Counted from the stretch's first letter, positions 27,930 to 42,540 are shown. The stretch is DNA of 64,000 nucleotides from Eledone cirrhosa (GCA_964016885.1 OZ024741.1:45818001-45882000); one strand, 5' to 3'. Notes: generated by a model from the sequence alone, not told the origin. Numbers and translations are program-made.

Positions 27930-28345
27930 TGAATAAAGTTATTCCTTCATCAGTGATCTTCCAACCTTCATTGGTATTTCATCGCTTTAAAGACCATAAA
28001 CCTCCGGTTGGTGCGAGCAACGGCTAAAGAAAGTCGTTGGGACACGTAAATAAGGGGAACGAGCGAGACTGTAAACAATCAAAGATGGTAATGCAACGAA
28101 AAGTGAGGAAGAAGGAGTCAAGTCCCAGAATTCAATGAATATAAGTTCTGTGAAATCGTGGACGAGAGAGAATAAGGACCATCAAACCTAGTCGAAATGT
28201 GAGCAAGGAAAGAATTCCGCACAGGTCAAACGGGAGGAAGAATGAGTCTTGTCCCTGAATTCGGTGAACATAAGTTCTTTGAAATCGTAGACAAAAGAGA
28301 AAAAAAAGGAACAACCAACCTGGTCAAGTGTGCGCGAGAAATGTA
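27930..28345. mobile_element. Diverged family D copy
   Basis: Collinear with 10120-10520 (ttcatcagtgatcttccaacc, ctccggttggtgcgagcaacggc). Confidence 0.85.
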
Positions 28346-28440
28346 TATATACATAAGTTTATCTCGGGTTCTGTCGGGGGTAACCACAGTAAGTAAGGTA
28401 CTCAATACAAAGCAGAATATAAATATTAAATATAGAAATG

Positions 28441-28535
28441 GCTTCTACGAGACTAGAACTGTTTCATTCGGGAGAAATCATCAGGAAGCCCATGATGATT
28501 TCTCCCGAATGAAACAATTCTAGTCCTGTAGAAGT
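28441..28535. ncRNA. Fold-back composed of two inverted HHR copies
   Basis: Minus strand 28441-28489: GCUUC-CUGAUGA-uUUC uccc GAAu-GAAAC...GUA-GAAGC. The plus arm 28491-28535 mirrors it without the 5' strand of helix I. Confidence 0.7.
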
Positions 28536-28539
28536 AATT

Positions 28540-28603
<64 letters not shown>

Positions 28604-29547
28604 CAATAAATTACCTATGGAGATATAAAAGATGCAGAAGAGATAACCAACCAAACAGTGAGTGTGTTCTGTTATTATTTCTGGCAATATTATTACAAGT
28701 AATACCCTCCCCAAGTATAAATATGTATATATATATGTATATATATATATGTGTATATATACGCATATATATATATACTTACATACAGACATACATATAT
28801 ATATATATATATATATAGCTGCATCTTCCTCAACCTTCCTCTTTATTATTGCACGATTCTTGCTCTTTTTTGACTATTTTCCTCTTTCCTTATGAGAGAA
28901 GTAACAGACTTTCGCATATGTCATTAGCATCTCTTTTCGTGGCAAGATGCCAGGATTCTTTCAAAAGAGATGGACACCTAAAAGACGCATCAAATTTAGA
29001 TTACGTTGTGCCTACCCCACTGTTTCTTAAATAAGATATACGTCTCTCTAAGATAAATGCTATTAAAACTATACGACTTTCTGCTACGATGATCGCTAGA
29101 TATAGACGTAAATGAATAATTATATTCTGAGCACGCGAAACATTACACAATTACGTCTCAAGCTCATGTCAGGGAATAGCATTTAGTAAATTATATGTTG
29201 AGGTATTCGCATATCAAGCGGAACTGAATATTATTGGGAAATTAGGAAAAATGACCATTGTTGCTATTACATATTATATTTGATTCGTTCAATATTCACA
29301 TTTCACCTACACATTATAGCTTCTATTTGTCGAGATCACAACCTCCAGAGAAATTAATATTAATCAAGCCGATAAGCCTTTATCAATAGGAATATGTAGT
29401 GTAAACACAAGTGGCAAACCCAATTGATACGTGTACACATGCATAGACACATATTTACGCACAACCATACATACACACAACATGCAAGCATACACACGCA
29501 CACCCACAAACAGAAACACACTATATAAACACTGTAGAAATCATGTT

Positions 29548-29580
<33 letters not shown>

Positions 29581-29998
29581 GTGTGTGTGTGTGTAAGAGT
29601 AACTGTACATATATATGTATGTATGCGTGTGTATATATGTATATGTATATATATCTGTATATAATATGTGTGCCTCTATGTGTGTGTGTACTTGTGCGTG
29701 AGGTGAGTATTTCGATAAATGTAGTTTTCTTTTATATTACAATGCATGTCACCAAAAGGTGGAGTGTTAAGTCAATAAGATGCAAGGTGTGATATAAAGC
29801 CACATGTAAATCTATAATAGTGTATACAATTAGTGACTATATCCTCTGATTATGAAACAACATTGCCCTTGAATCGACAAGAACCTACTACAATACTAAA
29901 CCATCGTCATATTCATTCCGAAGATCAGATAGAAGGCGCTCAGGTGTTCTTTCTTGAACGCTGCGTTCAAATCTTACCTACATACATACATACATACA

Positions 29999-30612
29999 TG
30001 GTGGCTGCCAACGCGTTTTCGAGTACGGCCACTACTTTATATCCATGTAGGAGAACCCCTACCGATGCGCTGAACGAGTGTGACTTTTTAGTCCAGCCAG
30101 CGACTTGAAAACTCTGGTACAAACACTACACTTGTGACAATTATTGACACATAGTGTTGGGCCCATGGTACCATGTGACGACAAGTGCAGAGAGATCTCC
30201 AGATATAAAGCAATGCCTGTGCCGTGAAGCTTTTATAGTGAGCAAAGGCACTGCACAAAGCCAGTCCCACTCTCTTAACCAAGATGATATTTACCAAAAA
30301 GAAGAACAAGTCAACATCATTGGATACCATCAGAGTTGCAGGTGTTATATCAGAGTTTTCCTTCTCCTAGAATTCTGCCTTGACAAAGGCTAAGGGGTCA
30401 TCTCTCCCGGTGATTTTGGATGGCCATTGACTCTTAAGAGCTCCTTTGCCCTTTGATAGGTTTTGTTTTTAGTCCTGCAGGATGTCCAAAGTCACCCTCC
30501 TCACCAAGAAACCTTGGTGGGTTTGCCAGTTTAGTCGCCAACGACCCGACCATGAGACAGGTTGTACTGGGATACATGTTACCAGTAGCACCAACTGGTG
30601 ACCTGACGTAAG
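29999..30612 (-). mobile_element. Internally deleted RTE-like element (5' UTR, decayed APE start, 3' terminus) between (TACA)n tracts
   Basis: 30420-30610 is homologous to 35512-35700 and 57790-57985. 29999-30035 is homologous to 34945-34980 and 63910-63943. There is weak APE-like translation (LFFF...VGLAL...YVSII). Confidence 0.55.
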
Positions 30613-30683
30613 TATACATACATACATACATACATACATACATACATACATACATACATACATACATACATACATACATACAT

Positions 30684-33600
30684 AAATGTGGTCAGTGTCC
30701 GATAATCGGACGCGTGTAATTACGGCTTACATGAAGGCAACATACCATATATTTGAAAAAGTTGAGCTACATTACGCGGTAAGATTACATACAATCATTC
30801 TACATAAGTGTTTGAACTGTAAGTGTGTTGTAAAACACCTATTTATATGAACGATACATACACTTATGATATATGAACGATACATACACTTTAACATATA
30901 AATGCAACGTTGTTATATTACATTTATAAAGAAATATACAAGTAACGTTTTCGATTCAGAAACAAAAATATAAGTGTTTGAACTGTGAATATGTTGTGAA
31001 TAGGTTGTAGAACACCTATTTATATGAATGATACATAAACTTTAACATATAAATACAGCGTTGTTATATTATATTACATTCATAAAGAAATATACTAAGT
31101 AACGGTTCTTTTTGTTCTCGATTCAAACGATTCAAGAACAACGTTTAAAACACAGTTGTAGAATTAAAAACTAACTGAAAAGAAATATTACCCAAGCTGT
31201 GAATCACTTTAAATTTGATTCTGACAGAACTTTGTCGAAACTTTTAAAGAAGATCATCGACTATTTTGAAAAATAAATACGAAATATTAGTGAATACACG
31301 AACTCATCATGGCAAAAAGTACAAGTCTCCTTCGACCAAATCGCAACTACAACCGTTGTATGCAGTGGAGCTACGAGCTTAACAAAGTATTATATGAAGC
31401 ATACAAACAATCTGAATCCCAAAAGTTCGGTTTTATGCAAAGGCTAAAAACTTTATGGAACTCCAAACACCCAGAATTAGACTTTTCTCCAAAGCATTTA
31501 AATAAACAGGCACAACGTATCATTAGATGTAAATTGATACATCTAACAGAATTGACTTATACTACAAATACAGCCCTTGTAGACAACCACCCCACCTCCA
31601 CTGACAGACAAAGAGAATGGCCAGCTAAATCTAACAGTGAACAGCTCACCAACAATTTTGCTGAAATCCATCCCACTTCCACTGAAGAACAGCGAGAAAG
31701 GTCAGCTAACTCTAGTAGTAATTGTCACCACATCAACAACGAGGCTGAAATTCATGACTCTACTGAACAAACAGAGCGCCAAAAACTTGTGGACACCCTA
31801 CAAGTGATATGGAACGATATGTTTCAAGAGATACACAGCCTTAATGTGAGTGACAGACCATACAACACCAGAATCAGTAAAGAACCCACTAAATTGGAAT
31901 TGGAAGCGGTGAACGAAATAGCTGGCAATTATCTGAAGGCTATACGATCTAAAGGTGTAGAAACGACATTTGAAACGCTTAATGTTTTGTTATATGTTTC
32001 AGCTGTCACATTGCTATCATATAATACACATCTAAAGCCACGCAATCAAGATACAAACAGAAAGCCTGAACCAGCGTGGATGCGAAATTTAAAAAGCAAA
32101 ATTTTGTCCCTGAGACGAAGAATCTCACACATCGCAGTCGTTATGAAATGCAACATAGAGAGCAACTTCACACGACACCAGGAAGACCTAAAAAAAAGTT
32201 AGAGAGACGATTTGGAGAAACAAAATTTAAAACTTTGAACTCCAAATTACACCAGTTGAAAGAACAACTCACAGCTACAACAGAAAGACTAAAATATAAG
32301 TCAACAGCACATAAACGACAAGTGCTAAATAGATTGTTTGCCAGATATCCTAAATCAGTTTATCGCAGCTTCGGTGGCAAAAGCTCAATCCCTGTAAACG
32401 ACACCCCTTCAAAAGAACAGGTTGAGAGCTACTGGAGATCTGTATGGGAAACGGATGACGGATTCAACAGACAAACTAATTGGCTAAAAGAACTGGAACA
32501 GGACTACTGCCAACATGTCCAGAAAAAGCAATATGACATAGATGGGTCAATACTGGAAACAGCTCTACAGAAAATGTCGAATAGGAAATCACCAGGCCCA
32601 GACCTCATTACAGGATACTGGTTGAAGAATTTGACTTTCTATCGGCAAGATCTCATACGGCTGTTTACAGAAACCATTAAAGGCACACAAGAACTGCCCA
32701 GATGGTTATCAACTGCCACTACTCTCCTCATTCCCCAAAATAGCCAAACCACCCTTACTAAAAATTACCGCCCAATAGCCTGCCAAAACATCATGTATAA
32801 ATTATATACTGGGTGCCTTAACCTGTTCTTACAGGATCACTGTGCTACCAACAACATCATAACACCTGAGCAAGCTGGTGGAAAGAGGGAGGTGGGGGGT
32901 TGCATAGATCACCTACTAACTAACAAAATGATTCAGGAAAAAACAACAAAGAATCGCAGAAACATGACTGTGGTGTGGCTGGACTATCAAAAAGCATTTG
33001 ATAGTGTACTTCATGGGTGGATTATTAAGGCTTTACAGTTAGCTAAAGTGCCACAACCATTGGTAGCTGCTGTTGAACGCCTGACCAAGAACTGGTACAC
33101 CAATTTGATCCTTAGAGGTGAGAAGGAGCAAGTTAAGACTGATAAGATACATTACCAGAAGGGCATCTTTCCGGTGATAGCTTGTCAGTGCTACTCTTCG
33201 TTCTCTCACTGAATCCACTATCTTACCTACTCAGGAAACAAGGTGGACAAAGAAGTGGGTCCAGAAGTATCTCCCATCTTTTCTTTGTTGATGACCTGAA
33301 GTTGTATGGGCCAAATATCAATGACATCAAGAAACAATTGGACCTCATTACACAATTTTCAACCGACATCAAAATGAAATTTGGTGAGTCCAAGTGTGCA
33401 TATTTGGCAGTAAAACGTGGAAGAGCTGTGCCCTCCTCTAAAAATCTAGAGATGAACGGCCTGACAATACAACCTCTACAGTCAGGTGACAACTACAGAT
33501 ATCTTGGACAGGATGAGAATGTCAGATATTATGGACCTATAAATAAGGAGAGAACCAGAACTGAATACCTCAGAAGAGTGAAGAAAATATGGTCATCAGA

Positions 33601-34911
33601 ACTGTCAGCGTACAACAAATACATTGCCCACAATACTTATGCTGTGCTAATTCTAACGCCAACATTTGGCCTACTGAACTGGTCATTGCAAGAACTAAGT
33701 GAGATGGATGTTAGAACTCGAAAACTTCTCAGTGTTTCTGGGAACTTTAACATCAATGGTGATGTGGATAGGCTATACTTCTCACGCAAGGAAGGTGGCT
33801 GGGGTCTAAAATCAATATTAACAACATATGAGACCCGGATAGTAACACTGAAGCAACACCTTCAACAGATGAAAAAGGTTGGCAACCATCTTGCCCAGGT
33901 TTATGACCATGAAAAAAGAAATATCATTAGAATAGCGACTGATCTGGAGGAGAGATATGGAATAAAGCCTGATATAAATCTCTCACCCAGAGAAATCGGA
34001 AGATCCTATTCAATGTTCAAACAAGATAAAAAAATTGACCAATTTACAGAAAAAGTTGTGCATGGATACTTGAGGCGTAAAACACAGACCATAGAGAGGA
34101 TAAACCACTCAAAAAGCCTGGCATGGAGTTCCGACAAGTTTATGACATCACACCTTGAGGGATATCTCTATGCAATACAGGAACAAGAACTCCCTACCAA
34201 ATATCTGCTGCACAAAAGAGGAGGGCCAGCAGCTGACAATAAATGTAGGCTATGTAAAACAAAGATCGAGGATGTAAGCCACATTGTTGCCAGCTGCGAA
34301 AGAATGTCATCTCGCTACTACCTCCCCATGAGACACGATGGGATAGCTAGAACCATCTGGAACGCACTTCGGAAAACAAAATTAACAACAAACGAGGAAG
34401 AATATATTGAGACAGGTGGCACTAAGGAATACTGGTGGAACCTGAAAATAAAAACTGCCACCAAATTAAAGCACAACCGGCCTGATATTGTTGTTTGGGA
34501 CAACACATTGAAAACGTGTTCTGTTGTGGAGATCAGCTGCCCACTTGATGTAAACGTTGTCAGAAAAATACAGGAGAAGGAGGACATCTACGGACCATTG
34601 ATGAGGAGTTTACAAATCCAGTATCCAAGATACACCTTTAGCTTCATACCCATTATTATTGGAGCTACGGGTTATATACCAACCCGCTTGGACCAAAGTA
34701 TGACTGAACTTGGATTTGCGGACAAAAAGCGCAGCTCCCTAATTCATAGTCTGCGATAGCTGGCACCTTCAAAATTTGCAAAACATTCTTGCGATTCAAG
34801 GGATGACAATTTCTTTTCTTTTACAACCTTGCCACGAGGAAGGTGGCCGGTCAAAAAAAATATACTCGAAATTAAGAGAAAGAGATAACAATGCATACAT
34901 ACATACATACA

Positions 34912-34940
<29 letters not shown>
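30684..34940 (+). mobile_element. R4/Dong-like LINE family 2, probably full length, flanked by (TACA)n
   Basis: (TACA)n at 30614-30683 and 34894-34940 bracket a putative 5' UTR, the ORF and a short 3' UTR. Confidence 0.85.
31309..34805 (+). pseudogene. R4/Dong family 2 RT-RLE ORF with frameshifts at ~32195, ~33172 and ~34752
   Basis: KSPGPD, NYRPIAC, YQKAFDSV, FFVDD, CRLC..HIVASC, RHD, RPDIVV..EISCP, IIIGATG. The C-terminus GTFKICKTFLRF is in a shifted frame. Confidence 0.92.
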
Positions 34941-34944
<4 letters not shown>

Positions 34945-35700
34945 GATGGCTGCCCCCTCGTTATCGAGTATGGCCACTGCACGAGGAGAAAAAAAAAATA
35001 ATAATAAAAAAATAAAAATAATAATAATAATAATAATAAATAAATAAAAAAAATAAATAAAAAAAACATAAAAAATAAAAAAACAAATTAAAAAAATATA
35101 TATATATATATATATACATATACATACATATATACACACACACACACAATACTCACACACACACACACACACACATACATTAATAATAATAATAATAATA
35201 ACAACAACAATAATAATAACGACAACGACAATAATAATATACATATACATATATATATACACACACACGCACACACATAAGCATATCTACACACACACAC
35301 GATAGCACTTAACAGCGCAGCGATCGAATGTGGCTTTTTAGCCCAGCCAATGATCTAAAATGTCTTGCACAGAGTCGGGAACCAAAACATTCACTGGGAA
35401 TAGTCGGCTGTCGTTGGGGTTCATGTACTTTTGCATGTCGCATGTCGCATACATACATACATACATACATACATACATACATACATACATACATACATAC
35501 ATACATACACATTTTGGGATGGCCGTTGACTCTTATGAGTTCTTCCGCCCTTTGTCGGGTTTTTTTCGTCCTGCAGCACAAAATCATCCTCCTCGCCAAG
35601 TAAACTTGGTGGGGTTTCCGAATTAATCGCCGACGATCCGACCACGTGATAGGTTGTACTGGGTTACATGTTACCAGTAACACTCAAGAGTGACTCGACA
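34945..35700 (-). mobile_element. Second internally deleted RTE-like element, interrupted by microsatellites
   Basis: 5' UTR-like 35512-35700; C-terminal C2H2-like LCARHFRSLAGLKSHIR at 35310-35448; terminus at 34945-34985 followed by (TATG)n. Confidence 0.55.
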
Positions 35701-35739
35701 TAACATACATAAATACAAATATATATTGTATGTATCTTC

Positions 35740-35975
35740 ATTCATTTCTGTTTCTGTGAAGCCCAGCTTCTGCAGATTTGTTTTGAGGCAGTTACTAACA
35801 TATCCCAGTACCACAATAACCACAGGCATACATCTGAAGGTATAGTCAGGGTAGGTAGAGTATCTTCAGATTTCTCATTAGTTCTGCATAGCTATTCTCC
35901 TTTTCGCTAATCTTCGATATTACATAGGCATCTGCTGGGCAGCTAACTTCCACTACTGTGCATGTCTTTTCACTG
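35740..35975 (-). mobile_element. RLE-domain fragment of a third R4/Dong-like family
   Basis: CTVVEVSCPADAYVISKISEKENSYAELMRNL matches the 63172-63600 ORF. Confidence 0.85.
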
Positions 35976-37022
35976 TATGTACTGCTGAACTGGTCATTGC
36001 AAGAACTAAGTGAGATGGGTGTAAGAACTCGCAAGCTTCTCAGTATTACTGGAAACTTTAACATTATTGGTGATGTGGATAGGCTATACTTCACACGCAA
36101 GGAAGGTGCCCGAGGTCTAAAATCGATATTAACATCATACGAGACCCGGATAGTAACACTGAAGCAACATCTTCAACAGAAGGAAAAGGTCAGCAACCAT
36201 CTTGCCCAGGTTTATGAGCATGAAGGAAATAATATCATTAGGATAGCCACTGATCTGGAGGAGAGGGATGGAATAAAGCCTAGTATAAATTTCTCTACCA
36301 GGAGTTCCGACGAGCTTATGATATCCCACCTTGAAATATATTTTCATGCAATACCAGAATAAGATATCCCTACCAAATATCTGCTACACAAAAGAGGAGG
36401 GCCATCAGTCGACAATAAATGTAGGCTATGTAAAACAAAGATCGAAGATATAAGCCGCATTGTTGCCAACTGCGAAAGAATGTCGTCTCGCTACTACATC
36501 ATTATGAGACACGATGCGATAGCTAAACCATCTGGAACGCACGTAGGAAAACAAAATTAAAAACAAATGTGGAGAAATAAGTTGAGATAGATGGCATTAA
36601 GGAATACTGATGGAACATGAAAATAAGATCTGCCACCAAATTAAAGCACAACCAGCCTGATATTGTTGTTTGGGACCACACATTGAAAACGTCCTCTGTT
36701 GAAGAGATCAGCTGTCCACGTGATATCAACGTTGTAAGAAAATTACAGAAGGAGGACATTGCGGACCATTGATGAGGAGCTTACTGATCCAGTAACCAAG
36801 ATACACATTCAGCTTCATACCCATCATTATTGGAGCTCCAGGTTATATACCAACCCGCTTGGACCAAAGTATAAATGAACTCGGATTTGTGGACAAAGAG
36901 CGCAGCGATAGCTGGCACCTTCAAAATATGCAAAAGAGTTTGGCGATTCATGGTATGACAACTTCTTTTCTTTTACAACCTTGCCTCCAAGAAGGTGACC
37001 GGTCAAATATGTACTCGAAATT
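35976..37022 (+). mobile_element. Degenerate 3' portion of R4/Dong family 2
   Basis: LLNWSLQELSEMGVRTRKLL... is collinear with 33670-34872, with a deletion and stops. Confidence 0.92.
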
Positions 37023-37482
37023 AACACACACACACAGCAATACCAAAGCCAAACCTTAGCCACAGAGACGCACCTAGAGCTTGCAAGGTAGAGCCATAGC
37101 TAGATATAGCAGAGACTTAGCTATAGATTGCGAGGCGAGCTGTACTGAAACTACATTCTTCGACATTCTATATTCTTCTAGTAGGTAAAAAGAGAAGAAA
37201 AATTCTTCTTTTTCCGGGAGCGAAAGGACTGATCTCTGAACAATATGTGCCATTTGAAATTATACGATTATGTAAGCTGCGCTTTTGCCACACAACCACC
37301 GAGACTGCTCGAATTGTTAAACCTTTTTTAAAGTTATATTGTAAATAGTAATCTTTGGTATCTTACTTACGGATTTGCTTAAATATTTTGCATCGTTGGA
37401 TACCGGGTTCTGTTATTCCATCAATTATCAAAGATTAATATTTACTTTTATTTATTTAATTAAATTCAAGTTCCCCCCCCCC

Positions 37483-37550
<68 letters not shown>

Positions 37551-37861
37551 ATATAAACATAGAAATGACCCAACAGTCAGGCAAATCAGAGAAGCAAGTG
37601 AAATAGAGCTTAGAAAACCAAAGTTAAACAGAAAAAAACGAATGGAATATCAACAACAACCATACCCAAACAAACAATACTGACTTAAGGGAAATATAAA
37701 TAAATACATTCAATAGTACACAATAGTACACAAGTACAATAACAACAAACAGATATAAACACACACTAGTAAACAAAGATAGAATACAAAAACCAAAACA
37801 CATAAACTCAAACGCGAACACACACACAAACGCATACGCAGAGTCGGTGTCAGTTCCTTGT

Positions 37862-37983
37862 CATTCCTTTGTCAGTGTTGAACAAAAGGGCAACGATGGT
37901 TGCTAAACACTGTGCGGCTTAATTCGGGATGTTTGTTTACAAACAAACCGTGCATTATAATAAATGCTCGGTAAATCCATACG

Positions 37984-37986
<3 letters not shown>
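37862..37986. mobile_element. Family C fragment
   Basis: Matches 7885-8005 and begins just 3' of the HHR. Confidence 0.85.
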
Positions 37987-38058
<72 letters not shown>

Positions 38059-38075
38059 ATATATGTATATATAAG

Positions 38076-38245
38076 AAAAAGAAATCGAAAATGCAGCTCG
38101 AGTCTTTTTTAAGAATATTTATTTGTTTCGTTTACCGGTTTCACAGTTCTTATGCTCTTCAAAAGTAGAATTGAAAAGCATAAGAACTGTGAAACCAGTA
38201 AAGGAAAACAAATAAATATTCCAGTTGCATTTTCGATTTCTTTTC
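38076..38245. repeat. Fold-back with HHR-like core in both arms
   Basis: Plus arm UUGAAAA-gca..ugu-GAAA-CCAG-UA; minus arm UUGAAGA-gca..ugu-GAAA-CCGG-UA. Helix I is weak. Confidence 0.6.
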
Positions 38246-38329
38246 CTAATACTTTCACTCGTATAGGACATATCATTGTTTTCATTTAAAAAGAACCTCA
38301 TTTTCTTATATATATATATATATATGTAT

Positions 38330-38532
38330 TCTGATTTTTTCGAATATTAATAATAATATTCGATTAGTTTGCAATCATGCAAACAAGCCTCATTTTTAAA
38401 GCCATGTCAGTAGAATGAGCCCTCATTAGTGTCTGCAGTTATGTTTACATTCCAACACAAGATTGAAAATTAGGCTTGTTTGCATAATTGCAAACGTATC
38501 GAATATTATTATTAATATTCGAAAAACTCAGA
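38330..38532. repeat. Fold-back with ~66-bp arms next to (TA)n
   Basis: ttcgaatattaataataatattcgat...gcaaacaagcct vs aggcttgtttgc...atcgaatattattattaatattcgaa. Confidence 0.8.
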
Positions 38533-38577
38533 TTACATTTATTGTATTCAGCCATGTAGAGCGAATTCTTTTTTTAT

Positions 38578-38608
<31 letters not shown>

Positions 38609-40014
38609 TAATATAAGCAAGTATTACACGAAGAAAAATATAGACTTCGGCATGAGATTGTATTCAATTGTTCGGACCAATTCCTGAATGTAGTAACCAG
38701 GTATATTGGAGATATTATGTAGTATCAATTAACGATTGAAATGCTTGCGATGTGGAAGGTTAATCGGAAAGTTACATTCAACATGGGATTGTACTAAACT
38801 TTAACATAATGAATAATCCAAATTTAGTATCTTCTTTAAAAGGATACTGTGTACAGTCATCTATACAGACGTATACTTGTAACCTGTGGTCATTTTTATA
38901 CCTTTTTTTTCTACTCATTGGATTGCTGCATCTCATATTTTATTTACTCATAAGTCTTTTATTTTCTCAAGTATCTAACTATATTATTGCTCAATATTTC
39001 TCTCGTGTATCTAGCATTATATTTCTTCTTGCGCCGAATAATATATGATTTGATTTTTCATAACATATTGATAATGCAATAATTGAACATCTTTACTTTA
39101 TCCTTTTCTCCTTGGAGATTTCCGTTGTTCAGATTGATTGATTTAATTAATATGGAAAATCATATTAATCCCCTACATACGAGGTACTGGTTTACCAAGT
39201 TATCTCAATTAATTACCTCATTAACTATAAATAGAATCAACGTTCATTAGCAATGTGTAGACAAAATAACTATTGATTTATAAATATTTCCCATGGTAAG
39301 CTAAAACACATTAATATCACAACCAAACAATCATACTTTTAAGTAATTCAAAATCTTACCTTATATCCAAACCTTTCCGCATGTAGGATTAAACCCATGA
39401 AGTGGATAGTACAATTTTAACGTCTTGTAAATAAGTAATGTAGCTTTTGGCACATGTATTTAAATTAAGATAACATGTGGAATGAGAGATAAATATTCAC
39501 GGAATGGCCAATAAAATAAATACTTGTTTATTATATAAAATCTACTTCTCATACTTAATTGTGTATCTAGCTTACTTTACTAAAGTAACTAATTATCAAA
39601 ACATATTAAACGATAGAATTATATATATATTATATAAATTCCCGAGGCTGGACAAATAAAATTTTATTTACTTACAATTAAACATTTTATTTGATATATT
39701 CAGATTTTATTAACTTGCTTTTAATCTTATGTTGATATAATTTAGACCTTTTTCTTTATGTAATCAGAAATATTATTAAGTATCATACAAAGTAATTAAC
39801 TATTTAATTATTTTGATTTGCTTTTTAAATCTTGTCATTGTAATTATTGTTTTGTTAATTAACAACAAAACTTGACTGGTAATACCCGAAGATAAAAAAC
39901 AGTTTTCACTTTTTTTTTAGAGGCTTATAAAGCGGAATTGTGGAGTGGGGCAATATAAAACTCTCTTATCTCTCTTCATATCAATATTCCTACCTTTATC
40001 ACTTCTATCTGTGA

Positions 40015-40340
40015 ATGTGCATGGCTTAGTGGCTAGAGCGTCGGGCTTGCAGTCGTGAGGTTGTGAGTTCGATTCTCGGACCATGCTTTGCTTTGTGTTC
40101 TTGCACAAGACACTTTGTTTCACGTTGCTCGAGTTTACTCGGCTGTAGAAATGAGTTGCGCCGTCGCTGATGCCAAGCTGTATCAGCTTTTGCCTTTCCT
40201 TTGGACAACATCAGTGGCGTAGGGAGGGGAAATTGGTATGCATGGGTGACTGTTGGTCTTCCACGAACAACACCTTGTCAGAGGAGAAATTTCTAGGTGT
40301 AAATCCGATGGTCATTCGTGATTGAAGGGTGTCTTTTATA
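40015..40340 (+). mobile_element. tRNA-derived SINE of a second family (Meta-domain-like centre)
   Basis: A-box tggcttagtgg, B-box gagttcgattc; centre gtgttcttgcacaagacacttt...ctcggctgtagaaatgagt. Confidence 0.75.
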
Positions 40341-40841
40341 GACACACACACTTATATATATATATAATTCTTTATTCTGTTACATCATTTTACAAATGTT
40401 TTAGTATTTCATTCGATTATTCACACGAACTTACACAATATTAGTTAATTTTATAGTCCAAGTATATAAATTTCGTTGACTTAAGGAATTTATTACTTTA
40501 AAAAACAATGCTAAGGGGTATTATTAAATTAGGCACTACCACTCAATATTGTATGTAAATCATATTACTGGCTTCTAAAATGATTCGTTAGGTCGACTCG
40601 ACGTTATGGTGGAAAATACTTGCACAAGATCAAATAGAATCAGTTGGAAACCACGAGCAAAGAGTTGAGACATGATATAAAATATATAATCAAATGGATG
40701 CAAGACGAAACAGAATAACATGAGATTCTTTCATAGGAGTACATTTTGTTATATAGAACAGAAAAGAGACTGCTATACTCAGAATAATAGCAGTAGTCAT
40801 ATATATTTAATCAAAGAAAGTATTACTATTGTAAAAGTAAG

Positions 40842-41062
40842 GGTGGTGGACTGGCAGAACCGGTAGGGCGTCGGACAATACGTTTCATGGCATATAGTTA
40901 CATCATTTTATGTTCTGAGTTCAAATCCCGCTCGGATTACCTTCGCCTTTCATCCTTACGGAGTCGATAAAATAAAGTACCAGTAACGCTCTGGGTCGAT
41001 TTAATCGAATTTCCCCTTCCCTTCAAAATACTACCCTTGTGCCAATAGTAGAAACAATTATT
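40842..41062 (+). mobile_element. Deu/Nin-type SINE
   Basis: gagttcaaatcccg; gcctttcatccttacggagtcgataaaataaagtaccag. Confidence 0.85.
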
Positions 41063-41146
41063 GTGGACGCCTCATAGATTGGTACTTTATTTTATAGACC
41101 TCCCAATAGATGATAGATAAAGCTAACAAAATACTCATTTGCTAGA

Positions 41147-41469
41147 CAGTGTACCACCGGCATTTGCGGTCTCGGCATTGCGGTTCTTGTTATTCACGGA
41201 ATTTTACTTCGAAACTAAGTAATAATTGGAAACCACAACATATTCGCGGAAACGTATATATCTTCGACGATATTTTAATGGCTTTTTCCGTGGCAATGTA
41301 TATTTGTTTACGCTTTTTAACGCTAAATTATTAATAACAATATACCGTATTTGCCGCTCTATATTTCACGCTATGTTTTGACGTTTATAGTTATTTTTAT
41401 GGACCACATCCAATATCCGCGGTTTTTCGCTCTAGGATCGTAACTCCCGCGAATACCCGGGGACAACTG
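41147..41469. mobile_element. Old pogo/Tigger-like MITE
   Basis: Imperfect TIRs cagtgtaccaccggcatttgcgg and ccgcgaatacccggggacaactg; TA present on the right flank only. Confidence 0.5.
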
Positions 41470-42001
41470 TAAATGACATATGTAATAGAACATATTTATT
41501 AATTACATTAGGTACTAATGCCGATTCAAAAAGTAACCATTGGTAATAAGTTACTCTATGTAAGTCATATATCACTTTTGAGTCTCTACAGTACTTAATA
41601 TCAAATCAAAATAAGCTCTAACAATATATTTTCTTTATTAGAAATATATCAACAAACAAACCCATGTAAAACAATAAAACAATATCAAAACTATCCATAA
41701 GAAAACCAAACAAATAAATTAAAATTTAATCTCCCAAATATGTTTGATGAATTATGCAGACGTTCTTTAACCTTTGCTAATTTTCTTCTCCATTTTATTA
41801 TTTTAAATAATATGGTGAATTTTAATACTCGACTGCTATGTTCTTAATAATACCCAACACTGCCTACGTTCATTTTCTATGTGGTTAACTTTGAATGTCT
41901 GTTAGTGTTGGTACTGGTTTAAATGTATATGTAAAAACACATACACACACACTTATATATATATGTGTGCGTATATATATATATATATATTATAGAAAAT
42001 G

Positions 42002-42051
<50 letters not shown>

Positions 42052-42271
42052 TATATATATATATATACATATATATACATATATATATGTATATATATAG
42101 ATATAGATATATATACACACACATATATATATACATATATATGTGCAAATATGATAATAATGGAGCTGCGGCGCTGCAAATGGGTTACATATGAAAAAGT
42201 TTGTCCTCATCAGTGGCCATCCAACCGTCGTAGGCATTTCGATCTGTATATATATATTATTATATATACAT

Positions 42272-42460
42272 CGGTGGATTGGCAGTATCGGTAGAGGGTC
42301 AGACACCATGCTTTCCAGCATAGTTACGTCCCTTTACGATATGAGTTCAAATCCCGCCGAAGTTGACTTTGCCTTTCATCCTTACGGGGTCGATAAAATA
42401 AAGTACCAGTAATGCACTGGGTAATTGCTGGCCTTGTGCCTAAAGTAGAAACAATTATTA
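42272..42460 (+). mobile_element. Deu/Nin-type SINE
   Basis: Close match to the 13248 and 59647 copies. Confidence 0.88.
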
Positions 42461-42482
42461 TATATACATATACATACGTATA

Positions 42483-42523
<41 letters not shown>

Positions 42524-42540
42524 GTATATATGTTATATAC

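Noticed and set aside
32185-32202. Programmed frameshift between the 31309 and 32076 ORFs
   Set aside because: R4/Dong elements have a single ORF. The shift sits in an A-homopolymer and the copy has other frameshifts.
40015-40085. tRNA gene
   Set aside because: The A/B boxes continue into a SINE body and there is no clean acceptor stem. The same holds for the other SINE heads.
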